Assembly (NCBI GenBank): GCA_965644495.1
Contig: CBFFSA010000079.1
Span: 1-23,435 of the forward strand
Source: Perkinsela sp. CCAP 1560/9
Lineage: Eukaryota > Protista > Euglenozoa: Kinetoplastea
Direction of reading: 5' to 3'
DNA: 23,435 bases
Numbering within the stretch: position 1 is the stretch's first letter; each line of letters starts with the position of its first letter. Below are positions 1-7,542 of the stretch, piece after piece. The translations under genes and the position numbers were made by a program. The notes under the pieces are model-generated. The model ran no database searches. It was not told the origin of the DNA and saw only the letters and a program-made list of their open reading frames with translations.

Positions 1-3000
1 GGAGTTTCGTGACCACAGCATCCAGGGCATAGGACGTCTTTAGGGGCTTTGGCGAGACCGATACCTAAGCGCATCATCAAAGTGTAACGAAAAAGGTACG
101 GGTTGACGTAGTTGTTAGTGCTTTCTAGGTGCAAATTTGCTTCTTTCGTTCGCTTCATAATGATTTCCAGGTGGGAGTCTTTTTGCAGTTCGGCTGCCTG
201 TATCTCGTGTGCGGCGTTTAATTTCTTTCTCAACAGCCTTCTTTGTGCCTCTCCTCGACTCTGCTCTTTCTGCTGGTCTTTTTCACTGTCCTTGAGATCT
301 ACCGGAGCGTTATTGGTTTTTGAGTGCTCTTCAATAGATCTACTGGCAGTGTCAAAGAAGTGCTTCTGCTTCAAAGCCGATGAAATCAATCCCAAGCCAC
401 CGAATTTCGGTGGAAGCGCTGCAAGCTTCAAGGCCTTTGCACCGGCTCCACACCATTTTTCCAGAACTGCGCTTACTTGATTCTCGAAGGATTGGGCAAG
501 GAGTGTAGTAGCTTCCGGTCGATGTACTCTTAAGTGATAGTCGTGTCGTGGAATCGTACAACGACGCAGGATGGCAAGAGAGAGATTGCTGGGACCCATG
601 AGCGCCAACCTGCGGAAGAGACATTTGTGCTTCTCCATTTTCTTGATGAGCGAGTTTTGCACCACTTGGTCTGTACCTATGTAGGCTCCTAAAATCTTTA
701 TCGCGTCCGTGCAGAAGTTTACACCAAGTGTTTCTAAGGGGAGGTGCAGGGGTATAGCGCACCCCACCTCCCTAGCTGTAACCTAACTCCTCTCCAAGCG
801 GAGGTCAGCCGTAGCTTGCTATGGCTGGCTCTCCGGATACGTCGCAAGACGTATTCGGACTGCCCGTTTGGGGAGTTGAGGGGCCATAACTTTTCGGAGT
901 CAAAAGGCCCAATACATCATCATCAAGGGGAGGGGCTGATCGGCATTCGGCATATCCCTTTGAAACCATTCGCATTTTTGGAAGTTTATGTTCAAGTTGA
1001 TTTCTCCGGTAATCTCGCGCAGGTAAAAGAACGCTCCTTCCAACGAACGCAGATTTTTGGAACTTAGAGTGACGTCGTCTTGATACGCTCGAATCTTAAC
1101 ATCGGGATAGAGGGTCGTTATTTCTTGGAGTGGGCCTTGCAAAAGTGCACAGAAATACATCGATGAAAGTGCTGAACCTTGACGTATGCCGGAAGAGCTT
1201 CGGATGGTAGCGAACAGCGCGTTGTTAGCAAAAAAGAGTAGCTCGGAGGGGATCCCATATTCCAGATAGAACAGTCGCATAAAAGGCTTGAAGATAGAAT
1301 TTTGAAGGAGGGCCTGAGCGATGGCTGTGCGCTGTGGCGTGTTATATGCGTTGCTGAAGTCGACGGTAAGCAATGCATGTCCATCTTCATATTCATTCAA
1401 AAGTTCATGGACAATAGATTCACACGCGTTCTTTTGTAAAATCCCCCGTTGGATCGGCGCGAAGAACTTTTTCAGGGCACTCCCGTGTCGTTCTAAAAGG
1501 ATGGAACCGCAGATTTTCAAAAAGGTATCCCCCATTGCGATCGGGCGTACTCCATTTTGAGGCTTTGGAAGAGCGATGATTCTACATCGAGTTAGTCGCT
1601 TGCGCACGCTCAAAGGAATTTCACCGTTGATGACATCCCGAGTCATATGGCAGAGTGAAAGACATGATTCTTCGTCGTCGGCTAGAAGTCTCATCATACT
1701 TTCACTGAGGCCAGTCGGTCCTGGCGCTGCTCCCCTGGAGAGTTTTTCGATGGCAATCCGCACTTCTGATTTCTCGACAACACCGATGCGCGCAAAGTCT
1801 GCTTCAGGGATGTTAATAGGATCACCTTCAGGGTGTAGTTGGTGCAGTTTTTGCACTTTTTCGTCGGGGGTAAGGGCAGAGTCTTTGTAAACGTTGTCCA
1901 GGATGCGGGTTGCTTTACTCAGATTCCCTGCGCGCGCTGTTCGGAGGGCATTCCGGATCGAACGGCGATCAATCTCGAATTCTGCGCGTTGCTCTGCACT
2001 GAGATTGCTAGCGTCGGAAAGCTCCTTGTCTTTTCTTACATGGCCTACTCTCTGATTGCGACGAATTGCGGCACGGACCGTAGCCAGTGAGTCTCGCGGT
2101 GCATTTAAAAACTTGTGCCAGATCGCTGCTTTTTCTGAGTCAAGTTTTGCTGTCGCGTAGCCTCGTAGAATCGCCCGAAAGATTGCTACCACGTGGACGG
2201 CGAAGGACGGTTCAATGTTCGACAGAGTCGGAATGGGATCGAGATCACAGTCCTCATCTTCGCATAGAATGTCTTCTGCTTGCTCTTCCAATTTGCACGT
2301 CGTCGTTTCAATTTTTCGTAATTTCGTCGTGTGAAGGCGATAAATTCGGATCTTGCTCGATTGTGGGAGATGAAGAAAACCTTGTGGGCCTTCGTGTTCT
2401 GGAGCTGGCTCGTATGAAATCTTGATTTTGACGTTCGATTTACGTGAGGTTCTGTCAACGACAATGCCCTTGGAGTGGTATGTTGCATTGCTCTGTCGAA
2501 AACCCCATTCGATTTCGCATTCAGTTCCTTTGCCCCATTTCGAGACGATGCCGTACACTTGATCGGGCGATTTTTGGCTGTTGTGCACGGTGTGGCCACT
2601 TGACGTTTCCTCGGTTGCGCCGTCCCATGACATTTCACTTGGGGCTTCGCTTCCGTCCTCTGAGAAATTCTTTGCCTCGGAGGTATCTATGATAGGTCTC
2701 TCCACAGTAGTTCTTTGGAGTTCTTCTTGCGTCTTCGTGGGAGTTTCCATGCGAAAATTCGTCCGTTTGATTTTAATCGTGTTGCAGGACTCATCGTGCT
2801 TTTGATGCGGGGCTTTTGTGGTGCGGGGCTCATCGTGCATCTCGTGGTCCGCCCAGTCTGGTGAGATTTCCTTTGAACCAATGATTTTGATGCGTACCTT
2901 TTTCTTCGGTTTCTGCGACAATTGTGCCAGCAAGGGTTGCTTTACGCTCTCGTATGAGACGTCGTCTCGCATTGTGGCCTTTTCCGTGAGAATTTTAGGT

Positions 3001-3092
3001 TTCGTACGACTGCCGTGATTCAATGATTCCTTAGCCTTCTTCTTGTTACTGTGTGTGGTCGTTCGCGAAAGTGTTCGACAAAGGCGTGTCAT
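1..3092 (-). pseudogene. RT ORF of element A, interrupted by the insertion at 745-924 and open to the left window edge
   Basis: The track ORF 900..3122 stops inside the insertion. Removing 189 bp (insert plus one TSD copy) restores ...KCEWFQRDMPNADQPLP|LETLGVNFCTDAIKILGAYIG..., and by manual translation this frame has no stop down to base 1. Confidence 0.85.
745..924 (+). mobile_element. 180-bp retroposed structured element (SINE or 5'-truncated LINE 3' end) with a (CAT)n tail and 9-bp TSD
   Basis: It is flanked by AAGGGGAGG at 736-744 and 925-933 and ends in CATCATCATC. It contains several stem-loops, and removing it restores the host reading frame. Confidence 0.82.
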
Positions 3093-3116
3093 AGAAGAAG
3101 TATATAAAAATAACAA

Positions 3117-3153
3117 CAACAAGGTACAGAAATAGAGGCAACAAGGTACAGAA
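3117..3153 (-). other. Two tandem 3' fragments of the SL-like exon at the 5' end of element A
   Basis: The minus strand reads TTCTGTACCTTGTTG-CCTCTA-TTTCTGTACCTTGTTG, matching the 3' end of the 39-mer at 7458, 12318 and 13812. Confidence 0.75.
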
Positions 3154-3155
3154 GT

Positions 3156-5318
3156 ATTCGTCGGTTAGTGAGCAAGGCCGCATGCAGTAGTGTCCGAATG
3201 AAAGCGGGGAAATACTTTGAAGCACAACAATATGGAGTGGCCACCCGAGCAGCGGCAGAACGTATCATTCACCTTTGTAGGCTTGCAATGGACACTGACA
3301 CAACAAATTCCGATATAGTTTTATGCAAAGTTGATTTGTCCAACGCATTTAACAACGTTAGCCGTGACGCATTCATCAGTCTCACCAGACAGCACTTCCC
3401 GGAATTGTCCAGATGGGTAGAATGGTGCTACGTCGAAACCAGTAGCTTAACTTACGGACACCGTTTCGTACCGTCCGCGGAAGGGGTACAACAGGGCGAT
3501 CCCCTCGGTCCTCTTCTCTTTTCCTTAGTCATGTTGGAGGTTACCAAACAAATTCAGTCGTACACGGAACTTCTTCTAAACCTGTGGTACTTAGACGATG
3601 GAGTTTTTATAGGGAAAGCAGAAGAAGTAAGAAAAGCCCTCGACATACTTGATCACCTCGGACCAGGTCAGGGACTACACCTCAATAGCAAGAAATGCGA
3701 GATCATCACACTACCCTCATCTGCACACCAAACATCTCTTTTCCTAGATATACCAAAAGACAAGCAAAACACAGAAGGAAATTTCGACATCCTAGGAAGC
3801 CCTATCGGATCCCACAAACACTGCGCCGAATACCTCATGACCAATTCGATCGAACCAGCAGAAGATACTTTAGTTGCTTCCAGTTTAATTGAGGACCCGC
3901 AGGTCGCCATGGCACTGATACGACAATGTGCTGGCTTTTGTCAACTGGTCTACGCCCTACGTACAACACCCCCACAATGCATACAACGCGTTTGCGAACA
4001 TCTAGACAATTCACTGTTGAGCACAGCTGAGGAAATACTTTGCCCACTGAACGCCCCTGCCCGCGCTCAGATCCAACGCCTGAAGAGACACGGAGGTTTC
4101 GGTCTGCGTTCATCGGAAATGTACTCGTCTTCAGCTTACGTAGCATCTGTGGTGTTCGCAGCAAGCAAGGACGGATGGAATCCACTGGACGCGGAAGGTT
4201 TTTCACCTGCCGTCAACGACGTGAACGCAAAAGCCGGAGGCACTCTCGTAGATCCCGAAACGGGTCGTTTCCTTTGCCCCACCACCCAACAGCGCGACCG
4301 ATCACATCCCTCTTTTCCCCCAAAGCCACCCATTCACTCTTCCACACAGGTCGATACAGCCCGCGAGCCATCAGACACCGGACCTTTTTTAGATGCTGAC
4401 CCGCCGTTGGGCGCTGACCTTGACATAGATATTGACCCGCCAGAATGGGACGGAAGTATCATCCCACGTCAGAAAGATATCATCCGCGCTATAGGGGAAA
4501 GGGAGTTTAATATAGCATACTGTTCCGCTGATACACGAACGCGAACCAGATGGGTATCACAATCAGGGAAAGGGGCTAGCAGCTGGGCATTCGTCACCCC
4601 ATCGAAGGACCTGGGCTATGCATTCAAACCCGCGGAGTTTCGAACCTTGTGTCGATGGTGGTTGGGGGTGGATGTATACGGAGAAACTCGTCCATGTCCC
4701 TCGGATGAATGCAAACTCCCTCTGGGTCCTGAAGGGGATCACGCACTCGTGTGCAAACATGGACAAGGTATAATAAACCGGCACAATTCCTTGGTTGAAC
4801 ATTTTTCCTCCTTCTGCGGGCATGCCTCTTTGGCACCCCAACGAGAGCACAGTCTTGGCAATCGAGGTCCCGGAGGGGGGCTCACCAGGCCAGGCGATGT
4901 GTTTCTCCCCACGTATTCCAAGGCTAAAGGCATGGTCCTTGATTTTGCAGTTACCCACGCTCAGCAAACTAAATACACGGACAAAGTTCGTAACGCTAGC
5001 TGGGTAACTGCAGGATCATTCGCCGAGCACTACGCCGCGGAAAAAAAGGTGCACCAACGGTTGGAGGCTGAGGAAACAGGCCATGAATTCACAGCCATGG
5101 TGGTAGAGAGCTATGGCTCCTGGAGCGTGAGCGCAACGTCCGTTCTAAAGGGAGTCGGAAAGAGGCGGGCACAGGCTTCAAATGGGACCCTTACGGAAGA
5201 GCAGGCTACAAATAAATTGTATGCCGAATTGAATGTGACCCTCATGCGAGCACAAGCTCGTATGATGGTTACACGCATGGCTGTGCCCGACCCGAACGAG
5301 CCCATCACGGAAGGATAG
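3156..5318 (+). pseudogene. 5'-truncated RT / CCHC knuckle / restriction-like endonuclease ORF of element B
   Basis: Motifs are VDLSNAFN, GVQQGDPLGP, WYLDDG, HGGFGL, CPSDEC..H...C, RPGDV..DFAV and ESYG. It is collinear with the C-terminal ~700 aa of the element C ORF. The GTG at 3168 is an internal Val codon. Confidence 0.9.
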
Positions 5319-5863
5319 TGTCGGACCCAACTGATCCTATGGTGGTGACATAGGCCAAGGGTGCTGGTCGGGTCGACAAAGTCTATACTCACGCCTAGCC
5401 CGCGAGGGCTAGGTACCCCAAGTGAGGTAGTACACGGGTAGTGAATCTCCTCCCCGTCGGCCAGCATCCTGTTTCGTGACCGTGTCGCTGTCGACACAGG
5501 CCCGCGCCTGCGCCCTCCTGTATAACAAGGGAAGGGTTCACAAGTCAGGCCGTGGAGTGGTCGAAAGACCCGGTCCGGAACGCGCGAATGGATTGGGTCT
5601 GTATTGCTTGTTTTAGTTTTTACTGTTTCTTGTCTGTAGTATATACTTAGGGGAGATTAAATTGCTAGTTTTGGGCTGAGAAAAAACAAAAGGTACATCT
5701 GTGGAAACAAAAAGAATTGCTAATTTGATTGCTTGTTTTCAACTCGTATACCCCCCCCAATGGACCTACTTGGTTCGTCTACTGGGTCAAAATATAGAGG
5801 CAATGCCGCGATTCATACTTCTCCCCCCTTATTAACTGCAAAAAAAAAAAAAAAAAAAAAAAA
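3156..5863 (+). mobile_element. Element B: 5'-truncated CRE-clade non-LTR retrotransposon with 3'UTR and poly(A)
   Basis: It begins inside the RT at (I)RRLVSKA. The ORF ends at 5318, the 3'UTR spans 5319-5839 and A24 occupies 5840-5863. Confidence 0.92.
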
Positions 5864-5888
5864 GTACAGAAAACAACACACAAAAAAA

Positions 5889-6316
5889 GTAGTACACGGG
5901 CAGTGAATCTCCTCCCCGTCGGCCAGCATCCTGTTTCGTGACCGTGTCGCTGTCGACACAGGCCCGCGCCTGCGCCCTCCCATATAACAAGGGAAGGGTT
6001 CACAAGTCAGGCCCGTGGAGAGGTCGAAAGACCCGGTCCGGAACGCGCGAATGGATTGGGCATGGATGGCTTGTTTTAATTTTTACTGTTTTTCTTGTTT
6101 GTAGTATATACTTAGGGGAGACTAAATTGCTAGTTTTGGGCTGAGAAAAAAGGTACATCTGTGGACAGAAAAAGAATTGCTAATTTGATTGTTTGTTTTC
6201 AACTCGTATACCCCCCCCCAATGCACCTACTTGGTTCGTCTACTGGGTCAAAATATAGAGGCAATGCCGCGATTCATACTTCTCCCCCCTTAAAAAAAAA
6301 AAAAAAAAAAAAAAAA
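5889..6316 (+). mobile_element. 3'UTR-only fragment 1 with poly(A)
   Basis: It is similar to the B 3'UTR from GTAGTACACGGG onward, with A25 at 6292-6316. Confidence 0.88.
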
Positions 6317-6521
6317 CAGCGCGCATCATACTCAATGATTATGCAGATATTTTGAAATCTATTGTAATAGCAACAAAGATCACTTACGTTTCAAAAGTTT
6401 TTGTGCCCGCCCACCGAGCCCCCAGCCATTTGGTCGAGGGTTCCGGTGGGGGGAACCCCGTTAACAGAGTGACAGTGACATATATGTTTGCAGGCCTAAA
6501 AAAAAAAAAAAAAAAAAAAAA
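6317..6521 (+). other. Unrelated 181-nt poly(A)-tailed segment, probably a retroposed foreign RNA 3' end
   Basis: It lies between two poly(A) tracts, ends in A24 (6498-6521), and shows no visible similarity to the shared 3'UTR. Confidence 0.55.
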
Positions 6522-6986
6522 CGAGGGCTAGGTACCCCAAGTGAGGTATTACACGGGTAGTGAATCTCCTCCCCGTCGGCCAGCATCCTGTTTCGTGACC
6601 GTGTCGCTGTCGACACAGGCCCTTCTCGCCTGCGCCCTCCCGTATAACAAGGGAAGGGTTCACAAGTCAGGCCGTGGAGTGGTCGAAAGACCCGGTCCGG
6701 AACGCGCGAATGGATTGGGTCTGTATTGCTTGTTTTAGTTTTTACTGTTTCTTGTTTGTAGTATATACTTAGGGGAGATTAAATTGCTAGTTTTGGGCTG
6801 AGAAAAAACAAAAGGTACATCTGTGGAAACAAAAAGAATTGCTAATTTGATTGCTTGTTTACAAATCATATACCCCCCCCAATGGACCTACTTGATTCGT
6901 CTACTGAGTAAAAATATAGAGGCAATGCCGCGTTTTATACTTCTCCCCCCCTATTTATTGCAAAAAAAAAAAAAAAAAAAAAAAAA
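6522..6986 (+). mobile_element. 3'UTR-only fragment 2 with poly(A)
   Basis: It starts at CGAGGGCTAGG, is close to the B 3'UTR, and has A25 at 6962-6986. Confidence 0.88.
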
Positions 6987-7431
6987 GCCCGCGAGGGCTA
7001 GGTACCCCAAGTGAGGTAGTACACGGGTAGTGAATCTCCTCCCCGTCGACCAGCATCCTGTTTCGCGACCGTGTCGCTGTCGACACAGGCCCGCGCCTGC
7101 GCCCTCCCATATAACAAGGGAAGGGTTCACAAGTCAGGCCGTGGTGAGGTCGAAAGACCCGGTCCGGGACGCGCGAATGGATTGGGTCTGTATTGCTTGT
7201 TTTAGTTTTTACTGTTTCTTGTTTGTAGTATATACTTAGGGGAGATTAAATTGCTAGTTTTGGGCTGAGAGAAAAAAACAAAAGGTACATCTGTGGAAAC
7301 AAAAAGATTTGCTAATTTGATTGCTTATTTTCAACTCGTATACCCCCCCCAATGGACCTACTTGGTTCGTATACTGGGTCAAAATATTGAGGCAATGCCG
7401 CGATTCATACTTCTCCCCCCTTATTAATTGC

Positions 7432-7459
<28 letters not shown>
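6987..7459 (+). mobile_element. 3'UTR-only fragment 3 (element C type) with poly(A)
   Basis: Bases 6987-7329 appear identical to 11434-11776, and the ORF-track translations 7030..7239 and 11477..11686 are identical. Poly(A) spans 7432-7459. Confidence 0.88.
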
Positions 7460-7463
<4 letters not shown>

Positions 7464-7496
7464 TAACGATAAAGATACAGTTTCTGTACCTTGTTG
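7458..7496 (+). other. Spliced-leader-like exon (39 nt) at the 5' end of element C
   Basis: AATCTTTAACGATAAAGATACAGTTTCTGTACCTTGTTG contains GATACAGTTTCTGTAC, the conserved core of kinetoplastid mini-exons, and ends in TTG as they do. No GT donor follows. The exact 5' start is obscured by the poly(A). Confidence 0.8.
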
Positions 7497-7542
7497 AATT
7501 ATTTTCTTTATTTCATCTTTTCCAGGTACGCGGTTCTTTCTC

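Larger units (their letters stand above)
1..3153 (-). mobile_element. Element A: CRE-clade non-LTR retrotransposon of a divergent family (YQDD), 3' part outside the window
   Basis: It starts with two SL-like 3' fragments (3117-3153), then a U-rich 5'UTR and an ATG at 3092. RT motifs are VRPIAMGD, VDFSNAYN, GIRQGSALS, YQDD and KCEWF. After the insertion the frame continues with KILGAYIG, LPPKFGGLGL, FRYTLMMRLG and the start of the CPGC knuckle at the left edge. Confidence 0.88.

Noticed and set aside
745-924. tRNA gene or hammerhead ribozyme in the insertion
   Set aside because: GGGGTATAGC looks like a tRNA 5' end, but there is no cloverleaf or B box, and the hammerhead core CUGANGA/GAAA is absent.
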